Source of the DNA: an uncultured delta proteobacterium
Lineage (GTDB): Bacteria > Desulfobacterota > Syntrophia > Syntrophales > UBA2192
NCBI GenBank assembly: GCA_963705165.1
Contig: CAVPJD010000011.1
Location: 64,001 to 128,000 of the forward strand
Direction of reading: 5' to 3'
DNA: 64,000 nt
Shown: positions 47,515 to 58,225 of the stretch, piece after piece
Numbering within the stretch: the first letter of the stretch is position 1
Layout: each line of letters opens with the position of its first letter
The notes under the pieces: model-generated
Told to the model about the DNA's origin: nothing
The model's input: only the letters and a program-made list of their open reading frames with translations
Databases searched by the model: none
Program-made: the position numbers and the translations under genes

Positions 47515-48450
47515 ATGAAAAGCATTGCCGTCAAAACGGCCCTGACCGGAAAAGAAAAACTCAACATCCTCCTGGCCCTGGCCGGGATCGCCCTGGTCTT
47601 CGTCTACGCCTACTGCGGCGATTCCTGCTCCTACCTGAAGGGTTCGATTTTCGGGATCGACCTCAAGTACCTGGGGGTTCTCTTCATGGGGACGCTCGTC
47701 GCGCTCGGCCTCTTCGGTTTCAGGGATTACAGGCTCCTGCTGCTGTCGGCCGGCGTGGGAGCAGAGGTGTTCCTCATCGGCTTCCAGGTCCATTATGATG
47801 TTTTCTGTCCCTACTGCCTCAGCTTCGGGGCCGTCCTGCTGCTTCTTTTCGCCATCAACCTGGACTGGTCGAAACGCAAGCTCGTCGGTATTTTTGCCGT
47901 CCTCGGCCTTCTCTTTTTCGTGGTCTTCTTTGACGGGTCGGTGACGCCCGCCTTCGCGGCGGAGCCGCTGAAACCCTCCTTCGGAAACGGCCGGGTCCAT
48001 GTGCGGATCTACAGCGACTATTTCTGCAACCCCTGCTCCAAGCTCGACCCCGAAATCGCCAAGCCCATCGCGAATCTCGTGAAAAAGAACGCAATCCAGG
48101 CAACTTTCATCGACACGCCATTCCGCCCGGAGACCGTGCTCTACGCCCGCTATTTCCTTTACGCCCTCAACGAGAAGAAGGATATCGACACCGCCAACAA
48201 GGTGCGGCATGTCCTCTTCCAGGCGGCCGCCCAGAACATATCGGATCGGGAAAAGCTGGAAGAGCATCTGAAAAAGAACGGCGTGAAGTACAAGGTCTAC
48301 GACCCGACCCCGACCTTCAGTATTTTCAACGGTTACCTCGCCGAGGACAATATCCGTTCGACGCCCACCGTCGTGATTATGGACAGTGGAAGAAAGCAGG
48401 TGGTCAAAGGCTCCGCCAACATCGTCAAGGCCATCGGGGAAATCAAATAA
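47515..48450 (+). CDS. VKOR-like/DsbA fusion (paralog of 22522-23553)
   Basis: YCGDSCSYL, FCPYC, DYFCNPC, STPT. Confidence 0.78.
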   Translation: MKSIAVKTALTGKEKLNILLALAGIALVFVYAYCGDSCSYLKGSIFGIDLKYLGVLFMGTLVALGLFGFRDYRLLLLSAGVGAEVFLIGFQVHYDVFCPYCLSFGAVLLLLFAINLDWSKRKLVGIFAVLGLLFFVVFFDGSVTPAFAAEPLKPSFGNGRVHVRIYSDYFCNPCSKLDPEIAKPIANLVKKNAIQATFIDTPFRPETVLYARYFLYALNEKKDIDTANKVRHVLFQAAAQNISDREKLEEHLKKNGVKYKVYDPTPTFSIFNGYLAEDNIRSTPTVVIMDSGRKQVVKGSANIVKAIGEIK

Positions 48451-48580
48451 GGCACGAGGATCGAGGTCCGAGGAGCGAGGAAAGAAAAGGCTGCAGCATA
48501 GAGAAGGCAAGCTGAAATCCCCCTCTATCCCCCTTTTGCAAAGAGAGATGAAAGGGGGATTTTCTTTTGCCTGTCCCGAA

Positions 48581-50449
48581 TCAGGTGGGTTCGACAGAGT
48601 TCAGCTGACGGAGGATCTCTTCGGCGAGTTTCTCGGTTATCCCCGGCACCTTTTGCAACTTTTCCGGCTCGGCTTTACGGAGTGAGTCGATATCGCCGAA
48701 GTGGCGCAGGAGGGCCTTCTTCCTCACCGCCCCCACGCCCGGTATGTCGTCGAGCAGCGAGCGGACGTCGCGCTTCTCCATCCTCCGGCGGTGGTGCGTG
48801 ATGGCGAAGCGGTGCGCCTCGTCGCGAATGCGCTGCAGGAAGAGAAGCGCGGCAGGGTACTTGATGAGATAGACAGGGTCTTTGCGCCCCGCCAGGTAGA
48901 CATGATCCTGCTCCTTCATGGAGGGCCGGCGGCGCACACCTTCTGCATCGCCTCCCTGCGCCGATCCCTTGGCGAGTCCGATGACATCGAGGTTCCCGAT
49001 CTTAAGCTCCCGGAGGACCGCCACGGCCATGCTGACCTGCCCCTTGCCGCCGTCGACCATGAGCAGGTCGGGCAGGTTTTCCCGACTCTCGAATCGCCGC
49101 TTCATGACCTCGTACATGCTGGCGTAGTCGTCGGCACCCTCGACGCCGCGGACGTGGAAGAGCCTGTAGCCGGACTTGTCGGGTTTGCCGTCCACAAAGC
49201 TCACCAGGGAGCCGACGGGGAGCTGCCCGCCCAGGTTGGAGATGTCGAAACACTCTATCCGGCGAGGCAGCTTGTGCAGGTGCAGCTTGTCCCGGAGCAG
49301 GGCCATGGCGCTCTCCTCATCCATGCGGACGGCACGCTCGGACTTGAGGATGTCTTCGGCATTCTGCCGGGCAATCCCGGCAAGATCCCTCCTCGGTCCG
49401 CGGCGCGGGACGATGAGGTCCACCTTCTTCCCCCGCTTTTCCGAGAGCCACTCGGCAAGAACTTCCCCGTCCTCGATCTCCCCGGGGATGACGACTTCCG
49501 CGGGGATGAATAGCTCCCCATCGTAATACTGCCTGAGCAGGGACGAGAGGACCTCGGCATCGCCGGCTGCCGTCCGGACGGGCGGGAACTTCTTCGTGCC
49601 GAGGGTCTTGCCCTCGCGGATGCGCAGGGCGCAGACCTGGACCAGCTCCTCTTCGCGGTAGAGGCCGAAGACATCCTGATCCTTGAAATCGGCCGACACC
49701 ATCCGCTGCTTTTCCACCGTCGTCTCGACGGCGGCGATCTGGTCGCGAAGCCTGGCGGCCTCCTCGAACTCGAGGCTCTCTGCCGCCTCGGCCATCCTCT
49801 TTCGCAGCAGATCGAGCAGTTTCGTCTCGCGGCCCTCCAGGAAAAGAACCGCGTCGTCGATGAATTTCCGGTATTTCTCCTTCCCGACGAGACCCACGCA
49901 GGGACCGACGCAGTTGCGGATCTCGTACTCGATGCAGGGGCGGCGCCTCGTCTTGAACTCCCGGTCCTTGCAGGTCCGGAACGGGAAGAGCTGGTGGAGA
50001 AACTTCAGCGTTTCTTTGGCGGCGAGCCCCGACGGGTAGGGTCCGAAGTAATGGGCCCCGTCCTTTTTCGTTTTTCTCACGACCTGGAAGGCGGGAAAAT
50101 CCTGGCGGGTGTCAAGGCGCAGGCTGACATAGGTCTTGTCGTCCCGGAAGATCACGTTGTAGCGGGGCCGGTGCTCCTTGATCAGCGTGTTCTCCAGGAG
50201 AAAGGCCTCTTTCTCCGTGTTGGTGATGACAAAATCCAGGTCGCGGATGCGGGAAACGAGGAAGGGAACCATCGCGCGGGTGTCGGTCCCCTGGAAGTAA
50301 TTGCGGATGCGGCTCCGGAGGTTTTTCGCCTTGCCGACGTAGATGACGCCCCCCTTTTCGTCTCTCATGAGGTAGACGCCGGTAGAGGAGGGCACATTCC
50401 GAGTCTTCAGCTCCAGTGCCTGAGGTACACTTTGTTCCGTCCCGGTCAT
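48581..50449 (-). CDS. uvrC: Excinuclease ABC subunit C
   Basis: GVY...YVGKA GIY-YIG, ECFDIS, DGGKGQ, RDEAHRFA, HhH. Confidence 0.96.
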   Translation of the reverse strand: MTGTEQSVPQALELKTRNVPSSTGVYLMRDEKGGVIYVGKAKNLRSRIRNYFQGTDTRAMVPFLVSRIRDLDFVITNTEKEAFLLENTLIKEHRPRYNVIFRDDKTYVSLRLDTRQDFPAFQVVRKTKKDGAHYFGPYPSGLAAKETLKFLHQLFPFRTCKDREFKTRRRPCIEYEIRNCVGPCVGLVGKEKYRKFIDDAVLFLEGRETKLLDLLRKRMAEAAESLEFEEAARLRDQIAAVETTVEKQRMVSADFKDQDVFGLYREEELVQVCALRIREGKTLGTKKFPPVRTAAGDAEVLSSLLRQYYDGELFIPAEVVIPGEIEDGEVLAEWLSEKRGKKVDLIVPRRGPRRDLAGIARQNAEDILKSERAVRMDEESAMALLRDKLHLHKLPRRIECFDISNLGGQLPVGSLVSFVDGKPDKSGYRLFHVRGVEGADDYASMYEVMKRRFESRENLPDLLMVDGGKGQVSMAVAVLRELKIGNLDVIGLAKGSAQGGDAEGVRRRPSMKEQDHVYLAGRKDPVYLIKYPAALLFLQRIRDEAHRFAITHHRRRMEKRDVRSLLDDIPGVGAVRKKALLRHFGDIDSLRKAEPEKLQKVPGITEKLAEEILRQLNSVEPT

Positions 50450-50532
50450 TTCCTTCCTCATTGAAACCAGCCCGCCGAGGTGACAGGTGTCTGGTGACAG
50501 GTGAAAGAGAGCCCATGGTCAAGGGGGGTTTT

Positions 50533-50572
50533 CTGTTACCTGTTACCTGTTACCTGTTACCTGTTACCTGTT
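50533..50572. repeat. Heptamer tandem repeat (CTGTTAC)x5+
   Basis: Direct reading; overlaps the uvrB stop; complementary GGTGACA-type array at about 50479-50504. Confidence 0.9.
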
Positions 50573-52699
50573 CAGTTTCTTCCTCACGGATGTGCCGGTG
50601 GCCCGCTTCTTTTTCGCTTTCGGTGACTCACCCTCATCCGCCTCGTCCCCGGTCGTTTCGCCCCCGAACCCGATCTCCAGCTCGGTGAGTTTGCGGATCC
50701 GGTCGCGAAGCTCGGCTGCCTGCTCGAAATCATAATCCCGGGCCGCCGCCTTCATCTCCTCCCGCAGTTTTGCGATCAAGGCCGGAACCTCAGCAATGGA
50801 TACGTACTCGACCTGCTGCTCCATGACGGGTACGCTGACGTAGTCTGCCTCGTAGATGGAGGCCAGCACATTGTCGATGGACTTGCGGATCGTCTCCGGG
50901 GTGATCCCGTTGTCCTCGTTGAACTTGCGCTGGATCACCCTCCGGCGTTGAGTCTCGTCGATGCAGGCCCGCATGGAGTCGGTGATCCTGTCGGCGTACA
51001 TGATGACCTGGCCCGCCACGTTTCGCGCCGCCCGGCCGCTCGTCTGGATGAGGGAGCGCTTGGAGCGCAGGAACCCCTCCTTGTCGGCATCGAGAATGGC
51101 CACCAGCGACACCTCGGGGATATCGAGCCCCTCCCGCAGGAGGTTGACGCCGACGAGGACGTCAAACTTGCCCAGCCGCAGGTCGCGAATGATGACCACG
51201 CGCTCCAGGGTATGGACGTCCGAGTGCAGGTATTTCACCCGGACCCCGAGGCTCTCGTAGTATTCCGTGAGATTTTCCGCCATGCGCTTTGTAAGGGTCG
51301 TCACGAGGACTCTCTCGCCCTTCTCGACGCGCTTGCGGATCTCGCCCAGGAGATCGTCCACCTGGTAGGTCACGGGTTTCACGACGATCTCCGGGTCCAT
51401 GAGCCCCGTGGGCCGCACGATCTGCTCCACCACGCGCCCCCGGGCCTTCGTGATCTCGTATTCGGCAGGTGTAGCCGAGATGTAGAGGCGCCGCTGGGCA
51501 AAGAGCTCGTATTCTTCGAACATGAGCGGCCGGTTGTCCAGGGCCGAAGGAAGGCGGAAGCCATACTCGACGAGGGTTGACTTTCGGGAACGGTCGCCGC
51601 GGAACATGCCCACGATCTGCGGGACGGTGACGTGGCTCTCGTCGACGATCACGAGGGCGTTGGCCGGCAGGTATTCCATGAGGGTTGGCGGGGGCTCGCC
51701 GGGCTTGCGTCCCGTGAGGTGGCGGGAGTAGTTCTCGATCCCCTGGCAGTAGCCCATCTCCTCGAGCATCTCCATGTCGAAGCAGGTGCGCTGCTCGAGC
51801 CGCTGGGCCTCCAGGAGCTTCCCCTGCGATTGCAAAAACCGGAGACGCTCGCCCAACTCCTCCCGGATGGTGACGAGGGCCGACTTCAGCGTGTCCCGCG
51901 TCGTGACGTAATGGCTCGCGGGGTAGATGTCCGTTTTCCAGAGCCGCCCCAGTTTCTTCCCCCGGAGGGGGTCCACGACACAGATCGACTCGATCACATC
52001 GCCGAGGCACTCGACGCGGATGGCATGCTCCTCCTCGTAGGCCGGGAAGATCTCCACCACGTCTCCCCGGACCCGGAAAGCGCCGCGGTGGAAATCGACA
52101 TCATTGCGTTCGTAGTGGATATCCACGAGGTGCCGAAGCAGCGTATCGCGGGGGATCTCCATCCCCTCTTCGAGGGAGAGCGACATGCCGAGGTAGGTCT
52201 CGGGGGCGCCGATGCCGTAAATGCAGGAGACGCTCGCCACGATGATCACGTCACTGCGCGAGAGGACCGAGCGCGTGGCCGAGTGGCGCATCTTGTCGAT
52301 CTCCTCGTTGATCGCGGAGTCCTTCTCGATGAAGGTGTCCGTCGTCGGGATGTAGGCCTCGGGCTGGTAGTAGTCGTAATAGCTCACGAAGTACTCGACG
52401 GCGTTCTCCGGGAACAGCGTCTTGAACTCCTGGTAGAGCTGTGCCGCCAGGGTCTTGTTGGGGGCGATGACCAGGGCGGGACGCTGCACGGACTGGATGA
52501 CGTTGGCCACCGTGAAGGTCTTGCCCGAACCGGTGATCCCGAGCAGGACCTGGTGAGGGTGCCCCTTTTCGATTCCCAGGGCCAGCTCTTCGATGGCCTG
52601 GGGCTGGTCCCCCCGGGGCTCGAAATCGGAGACGAGCCGGAAGGGTCGCCGGTCGATGTAATCGCCTGCGGTGTTATTTGGAATGCGATGATCTGACAC
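50564..52699 (-). CDS. uvrB: Excinuclease ABC subunit B
   Basis: [33 protein letters not shown]. Confidence 0.97.
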   Translation of the reverse strand: MSDHRIPNNTAGDYIDRRPFRLVSDFEPRGDQPQAIEELALGIEKGHPHQVLLGITGSGKTFTVANVIQSVQRPALVIAPNKTLAAQLYQEFKTLFPENAVEYFVSYYDYYQPEAYIPTTDTFIEKDSAINEEIDKMRHSATRSVLSRSDVIIVASVSCIYGIGAPETYLGMSLSLEEGMEIPRDTLLRHLVDIHYERNDVDFHRGAFRVRGDVVEIFPAYEEEHAIRVECLGDVIESICVVDPLRGKKLGRLWKTDIYPASHYVTTRDTLKSALVTIREELGERLRFLQSQGKLLEAQRLEQRTCFDMEMLEEMGYCQGIENYSRHLTGRKPGEPPPTLMEYLPANALVIVDESHVTVPQIVGMFRGDRSRKSTLVEYGFRLPSALDNRPLMFEEYELFAQRRLYISATPAEYEITKARGRVVEQIVRPTGLMDPEIVVKPVTYQVDDLLGEIRKRVEKGERVLVTTLTKRMAENLTEYYESLGVRVKYLHSDVHTLERVVIIRDLRLGKFDVLVGVNLLREGLDIPEVSLVAILDADKEGFLRSKRSLIQTSGRAARNVAGQVIMYADRITDSMRACIDETQRRRVIQRKFNEDNGITPETIRKSIDNVLASIYEADYVSVPVMEQQVEYVSIAEVPALIAKLREEMKAAARDYDFEQAAELRDRIRKLTELEIGFGGETTGDEADEGESPKAKKKRATGTSVRKKLNR

Positions 52700-52913
52700 G
52701 GTAATCGGACCCCTTGCCCTGATTTAGCCCTTCGCCCCCGGCCCTTTGCTGTTTGCCGCGGACAGGCTCTTCTAACCCATCAATGTTTTTACTATAATGG
52801 ACGGGGCGGCCCGATGCAAGCCGCGAACGCCCGCCTAATTAAGCCTTGACAAAGAATCGTAATAATGGTTAATGATTCTCCTTTAGCATTTAACTCAACA
52901 GGATCATACCGTT

Positions 52914-53051
52914 ATGAAAAAGACTCTCAGAACCATTACGAATCTCAAGCGCAAGCGGGGCCACGGATTTCGCGCCAGGATGGCCACCAAGGGTGGGCGA
53001 CTGGTCCTGAGCAGAAGGCGTGCAAAGGGGAGAAAGAGACTGACCGTCTGA
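52914..53051 (+). CDS. rpmH: 50S ribosomal protein L34 (absent from the ORF track)
   Basis: [45 protein letters not shown]; upstream TTGACA promoter. Confidence 0.95.
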   Translation: MKKTLRTITNLKRKRGHGFRARMATKGGRLVLSRRRAKGRKRLTV

Positions 53052-53075
53052 GCCGGGTAAGGGAAGAGTGGAAGG

Positions 53076-53459
53076 GTGAGCCCAGCCGCAGGAAAATCCC
53101 CAGCCCCCGAAGGCAGGTACGCGTTTAAGAAAAACGAGAGGCTCCGCAGACGCAGCGAGTTTTCGGCCCTTTTCCAGTCGGGCAAGCGGATTCACTCGGA
53201 GTACCTGACAGTCATTCTCAGCGCGAACACCTCGGACGTGCGGCGCCTCGGGCTCGTCGTCGGCAAAAAGGTGGGGAAAGCAGCCGTAAGGCGCAACCGG
53301 ATGAAGCGGCTCCTGAGAGAGTTCTTCCGCTTGAACAAGCACAGGCTTCCGGCCTCGCAGGATATCCTGATTGTCGCCAGGAAAGACTTCTCGTTCATGA
53401 AATATCGAGACCTCAGCAGTAAACTGGAAGAGGTCCTCGCGGGACGAATGAAAGCCTGA
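53076..53459 (+). CDS. rnpA: Ribonuclease P protein component
   Basis: ERL, RLGLVV.KKV..AVRRNRMKRLLRE. Confidence 0.93.
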   Translation: MSPAAGKSPAPEGRYAFKKNERLRRRSEFSALFQSGKRIHSEYLTVILSANTSDVRRLGLVVGKKVGKAAVRRNRMKRLLREFFRLNKHRLPASQDILIVARKDFSFMKYRDLSSKLEEVLAGRMKA

Positions 53460-53461
53460 AC

Positions 53462-53686
53462 ATGCCAAGGCATATTTTACAGACACTGTTTACCGCTCTC
53501 ATCCGAGCCTATCAGATTCTGATCTCCCCCATCCTGCCGCGCTGTTGCCGTTTCTACCCGACCTGCTCCGAGTATACCCTGACGGCTATCCGCCAGTACG
53601 GACCGGCGCGGGGGGTCTTTCTCGGGATCCGGCGGCTGATCCGATGTCACCCCTTTCACCCCGGCGGCTACGATCCGGTCCGGTAG
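53462..53686 (+). CDS. yidD: Membrane protein insertion efficiency factor
   Basis: CRFYPTCSEY, RCHPF.PGGYDPV. Confidence 0.95.
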   Translation: MPRHILQTLFTALIRAYQILISPILPRCCRFYPTCSEYTLTAIRQYGPARGVFLGIRRLIRCHPFHPGGYDPVR

Positions 53687-53707
53687 GTGCGCCCCAGGAG
53701 GCAATCC

Positions 53708-55312
53708 ATGAACATGAGCATGAACATAAGGACATTTCTGGCGATTCTCCTGTCGTTCCTCGTCGTCTTCGTCTACCAGTATTATTTCGTGAAAAACCCG
53801 GAGACGCAGAAAGAGGAGCAGACGCAGACACAGGCCCAGCCGGGCCAGCAGCAGGTCGTCGCCCCGGCGGCCGTGCCGGGCGCTCCGGCACTGAAGGCGC
53901 CCGTGGCGAAGGCCGCTCCGGCAGCCCGGGACATCCAGGTAGAGACCCCGCTGTACACGGCGGTCTTCAGCACCCGAGGCGGTGCCCTGAAGTCCTTCAA
54001 ACTCAAGGAGTACAAGGCGACTCTCGAGGAGAACAGCCCCCTCATCGAGATGGTCCAGGTGCAGGAGGGCTCCGAACTTCCCCTGTCGACCGTATTTGCC
54101 GACTCGAGCGTGAACCTGCCCGGCGACGCCCCGTATGAGGCCGACCGGAAAGAGCTCGACCTGACCAAGGATGTCAGGCCCGGGACGCTCGTTTTCAGCC
54201 TCAGCGTTCCCGGCCAGTACCGCGTGGAGAAAGTATACACCTTCAACCCCGAACGTTATTCCTTCGGTCTCGAAGTGCGGTTCCAGAACAACACGAAAGT
54301 CGCCCTCAGTCAGAATCTCTTCATGAAGTGGTTCGAGGAGCTGGGCAAGAAGGGCATCGACGAGGAAGGCGCCATCGCCCAGGTCAAGGGATCGACGGAG
54401 CGGGAAAGCGGCGCGAAATTTGAAAAGAGGGCCTTTGGACCCGATGTCGGCTGGAGCGGCTTCGAGAACAAGTTTTTCATCGGCGCCATGATCCCCAAGC
54501 AGCCTGCGCTCACGAGCGTCTCTTTCGCCAAGGACGCACGGGGACAGATCGTCGTCAGCATGGAAGGGCCGAAGAACACGATCCCCCCCGGCCAGGCAGG
54601 GGTTTTCAACTACACCCACTACGTGGGGCCCAAGGAATTCGACCGGCTGAGGGCGGAGGGCGTGGGGCTGGAGGCGGCCATCAACATCGGCAACTGGATG
54701 AAGTGGCTTGCATTCCCGTTCCTCATCCTGATGCAGTTCCTTTACAAGTACGTGGCCAACTACGGGATTGTCATCATCATCATCACCGTTCTCACGAAGA
54801 TCATCTTCTGGCCGCTTGGGAACAAGAGCTACAAGTCCATGAAGGAGATGCAGAAGGTCCAGCCCAAGATGACGGAGCTGAAAGAGCGCTACAAGGACGA
54901 CAAGCAGAAGCTGAATGCGGCCGTCATGGAGCTGTACAAGACGCACAAGATCAACCCCCTGGGCGGGTGCCTGCCGGTGGTCATCCAGATCCCCGTGTTC
55001 ATCGCGCTCTACCAGCTGCTCTCCTACGCCATCGAGCTTCGCCACGCTCCTTTTTTCTGGTGGATCCAAGACCTCTCGGCCAAGGACCCCTATTACATCA
55101 CCCCCATCATCATGGGGGCGACCATGCTGATCCAGCAGAAGATGACGCCGGCCATGGGGGACCCCCTGCAGCAGAAGATGATGCTCCTCATGCCGGTCGT
55201 CTTCACGTTCCTCTTTCTCAACTTCCCCTCGGGCCTGGTCATTTACTGGCTCATCAACAACGTCCTGAGCATCGGACAGCAATACTACATCAACAAGGCT
55301 CCCACCGCGTGA
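53708..55312 (+). CDS. yidC: Membrane protein insertase YidC
   Basis: NYGI.II, KINPLGGCLP, WIQDLS..DP, PSGL.IYW. Confidence 0.96.
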   Translation: MNMSMNIRTFLAILLSFLVVFVYQYYFVKNPETQKEEQTQTQAQPGQQQVVAPAAVPGAPALKAPVAKAAPAARDIQVETPLYTAVFSTRGGALKSFKLKEYKATLEENSPLIEMVQVQEGSELPLSTVFADSSVNLPGDAPYEADRKELDLTKDVRPGTLVFSLSVPGQYRVEKVYTFNPERYSFGLEVRFQNNTKVALSQNLFMKWFEELGKKGIDEEGAIAQVKGSTERESGAKFEKRAFGPDVGWSGFENKFFIGAMIPKQPALTSVSFAKDARGQIVVSMEGPKNTIPPGQAGVFNYTHYVGPKEFDRLRAEGVGLEAAINIGNWMKWLAFPFLILMQFLYKYVANYGIVIIIITVLTKIIFWPLGNKSYKSMKEMQKVQPKMTELKERYKDDKQKLNAAVMELYKTHKINPLGGCLPVVIQIPVFIALYQLLSYAIELRHAPFFWWIQDLSAKDPYYITPIIMGATMLIQQKMTPAMGDPLQQKMMLLMPVVFTFLFLNFPSGLVIYWLINNVLSIGQQYYINKAPTA

Positions 55313-55323
55313 GGTACTGAAAC

Positions 55324-56328
55324 ATGAAGGTCCTCGAAATCGAAGGAAAGACCATCGACGAAGCGATCGAGAAGGCGTGCCGCGAATTTAACGTTCCCCG
55401 GGAAAAGCTGAACATCGAGATCCTCTCCGAGGGGTCCTCGGGCTTCCTCGGCCTTATTGGGACGAAAAAGGCAAAGGTCAAGGCGAGCCTTCTGAGCCTG
55501 GACATGAGCTTCGAGCTTCCCACGGAAAAAAAGGCAAGGGCACCGGAAGCGCCGCCTGCGCCGAAGCCCCAGGAGCCGCGGGAGCACAAAGAGCAACGCG
55601 AGCAGCATCCGCCCCGCGAGCACAGGGAGCAACGCGAGCAGCGTCCGCCCCGTGAGAATCGGGCGCCGAGAGAGCAGAGGGATCACCGCCCACCGAGGGA
55701 GCAACGGGAATCCCGCGAGCCGCGTCCGCCCCGCGAACACCGGGAGCCTCGGGAACACCGTGAACCGCGGGAGGCCCGCCCGCCGAGGGAACACCGAGAA
55801 ACACAGACGCCGCGCGAGCCGCGCCCTGAGCCGGTGGCAACATCTGCGGAAGCCCTGGCGGTCGCGAAGGAAACCCTCCTGGCGATCCTCGCCCTCATGA
55901 AAATCGAGGCCCAGGTAACGGTGGAGGACACGCCCGAGGCCATCAGCCTGACCCTTCAGGGGGCCGACGAGGGGCTTCTCATCGGCAAACGGGGGCAGAC
56001 CCTCGATGCCCTCCAGTATGTCGTCAACAAGATTCTCAGCAAGCAGGGCCGGGAGAACAAGCAGGTCATCGTCGACACGGAGGACTACCGCAAGAAACGC
56101 GAGGAGGCCCTCGTGTCCCTGGCGGAGAATGTCAGCCAGAAAGTCAGAAAGACAAAAAAACCCGTCACGCTGGACAACATGACGGCCCGAGAGAGGCGCA
56201 TCATCCACCTGACCCTGCAGAACGACGATACCGTCGTCACCAAGAGCTCCGGTGAGGGCCACCATCGCAAGATCATCGTCCGGCCCAGCAGGAGAAGCGG
56301 CCCCCACGGCCCAAGACCACCCCGGTGA
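55324..56328 (+). CDS. khpB: Jag/KhpB (EloR) RNA-binding protein with a long R/E/H/P/Q repeat insert
   Basis: Jag_N, KH LIGKRG.TLDALQ, R3H ERRIIH. Confidence 0.92.
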   Translation: MKVLEIEGKTIDEAIEKACREFNVPREKLNIEILSEGSSGFLGLIGTKKAKVKASLLSLDMSFELPTEKKARAPEAPPAPKPQEPREHKEQREQHPPREHREQREQRPPRENRAPREQRDHRPPREQRESREPRPPREHREPREHREPREARPPREHRETQTPREPRPEPVATSAEALAVAKETLLAILALMKIEAQVTVEDTPEAISLTLQGADEGLLIGKRGQTLDALQYVVNKILSKQGRENKQVIVDTEDYRKKREEALVSLAENVSQKVRKTKKPVTLDNMTARERRIIHLTLQNDDTVVTKSSGEGHHRKIIVRPSRRSGPHGPRPPR

Positions 56329-57707
56329 TCCAGGCAGACACGATAGCTGCGATTGCCACACCGCCCGGCACGGGCGGCATCGGGATCATTCGGGCAAGCG
56401 GCCCCGATGCCGAACGGATAGGGCGCATTCTCTTCCGGCCCCGGAACGCGACGGAGGCCTGCCAATCCCACCGGCTCTACCACGGAGAAATCATCTGCCC
56501 CGCCACGGGACGTATCCTCGACGAGGTCCTCGTCGCCCTTCTGCGGGCGCCGCATTCCTTCACCGGTGAAGAAACCCTGGAGATCCACTGCCACGGCGGC
56601 CCCCTCATCCTCGAGGAGGTGCTGCAGGCCGTCCTGCGGTCAGGGGCCCGCCCCGCCGAGCCGGGGGAGTTCACGCGCAGGGCCTTCCTCAACGGCCGGA
56701 TCGATCTTTCCCAGGCCGAGGCCGTCCAGGAGATGATCTCGGCCCGTACGCAACGGGGGCTCGATCTCGCCATCGGCCATCTTCAGGGCGATTTGTCGCG
56801 GATGACCGGGGAGCTGCGCACATCCATTCTCGACATCCTCACCCTTCTGGAGGCGGAGATCGACTTCCAGGAGGAAGACGGCATCGAAGCGGCCCCGAGG
56901 GAGGGCCTGATGGATCAGCTCAGGGGCCTCACGGCCCGGATCGAAGAGCTGACGGCGAGCTACGGCGAGGGCAGGATCGCGCGGGACGGCGCACGGGTGG
57001 TCATCACGGGAAAGACCAACGTGGGAAAATCGAGCATCTTCAACCGCCTGCTGGGCGAAAAGCGGGCCATCGTGACGCCGCATGCCGGAACGACGCGGGA
57101 CTTCATCGAGGAGGGGGTCAGCATCCGGGGGATTCCGGTGAGGTTCGTCGACACGGCCGGTATTCGGGAAGCGCAGGATCCCATCGAGAAGGAGGGCATC
57201 GACCTGGTCTGGCAGCAGGCGGCCGTGGCCGATGTGGTTGTCATCGTGCTCGACGGGAGCGGCCCTCTCACGCCGGAGGATCGCGGCCTCATCGAAGCAA
57301 ACCGGGGCCGCAACATCGTCGTCGCAATCAACAAATCCGACCTGACGCGGGTCCTTGACAGGGGCTCTCTTCCGGAGGGGCTCTCCGGCCGGGAGCCTTT
57401 GCGGATCTCCGCGAAAACGGGGGAAGGTCTCGATGCCTTTCGCGATGCCGTCCACTCCGCCATCAGCCGCTCGACCGGTGAGTGTCACGCCGACACGGTT
57501 GTCACGAACCTGCGTCACAAGATCGCGCTGGAGCGTGCCTTCGCATCTTTGAGAACGGCCGAGCAGGGCCTCTCCGGCGGCCTCTCACCGGAGTTCATCG
57601 CCTTGGACCTCCGGGAAGCCCTGTGCGCCCTGGGCGAGGTGACGGGGCAGACGGTCACGGAGGAAATTTTGGACCGGATATTCTCTACCTTCTGCATCGG
57701 CAAATGA
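56325..57707 (+). CDS. mnmE: tRNA modification GTPase MnmE
   Basis: DTIAAIAT, HSFTGE, NVGKSS, DTAG, NKSD, FCIGK. Confidence 0.97.
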   Translation: MIQADTIAAIATPPGTGGIGIIRASGPDAERIGRILFRPRNATEACQSHRLYHGEIICPATGRILDEVLVALLRAPHSFTGEETLEIHCHGGPLILEEVLQAVLRSGARPAEPGEFTRRAFLNGRIDLSQAEAVQEMISARTQRGLDLAIGHLQGDLSRMTGELRTSILDILTLLEAEIDFQEEDGIEAAPREGLMDQLRGLTARIEELTASYGEGRIARDGARVVITGKTNVGKSSIFNRLLGEKRAIVTPHAGTTRDFIEEGVSIRGIPVRFVDTAGIREAQDPIEKEGIDLVWQQAAVADVVVIVLDGSGPLTPEDRGLIEANRGRNIVVAINKSDLTRVLDRGSLPEGLSGREPLRISAKTGEGLDAFRDAVHSAISRSTGECHADTVVTNLRHKIALERAFASLRTAEQGLSGGLSPEFIALDLREALCALGEVTGQTVTEEILDRIFSTFCIGK

Positions 57708-58077
57708 GGGCTGTTGACCGGGGGCGCATCCCACCAGGGTGCGCAATCATGTCAGGTTCTTACCTTACCGGGCCGCCCCGCTTTGCGGACAGGGCGGCAA
57801 AACCACCTATCTGCGGCGTTCCTCTCACCCCTCGTCCCTGCGGCGTACGCCAAGTACGCCTCAGTCCTCGGGATTTCGAGAGCCTTGCATCTAGGCACTT
57901 TTGAACAGCCCTATACCCCCCCGCAGACCTCGCTCCTCGGAATAGAGTTTATCCTGAGCCTGCCGAAGGGAGCGCCCAGCATCTGGACCTTTTTGACCGG
58001 CCCTACAAGACCCAATCCGACGCGCTTCATTCCTCAGAACTTCAGACGCCTTCAAGCTAAGCTTTTTTAATCAACCT
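57707..58077. mobile_element. MITE-like element with tandem remnant ends downstream of mnmE
   Basis: Terminal inverted repeats AGGGCTGTT (57707) and AACAGCCCT (57912); degenerate right-end copies near 57978-58005 and 58020-58077. Confidence 0.55.
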
Positions 58078-58225
58078 TTGCGAGATGACCGTAACGCCGT
58101 TCTATCCTTTAAAAGAATACCTAATGAAAGGAGTTTCTGATTCCTTTAGTATGATGTTTGATATGAGTCACTCAGGAAGCGTAAACGTGATGGAATGGTC
58201 ATCCGATGGGGGAGGTTGAGGCTTC

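Noticed and set aside
50533..50572. Short repeats as a CRISPR array
   Set aside because: 7-bp tandem units without spacers; no cas genes in the window
58151..58225. In-frame TGA upstream of the small membrane protein (…DGGG*GFMFP…) as a possible Sec
   Set aside because: No redox motif or SECIS; GGAGG works as an RBS for ATG 58226; a Trp-to-stop change is an alternative
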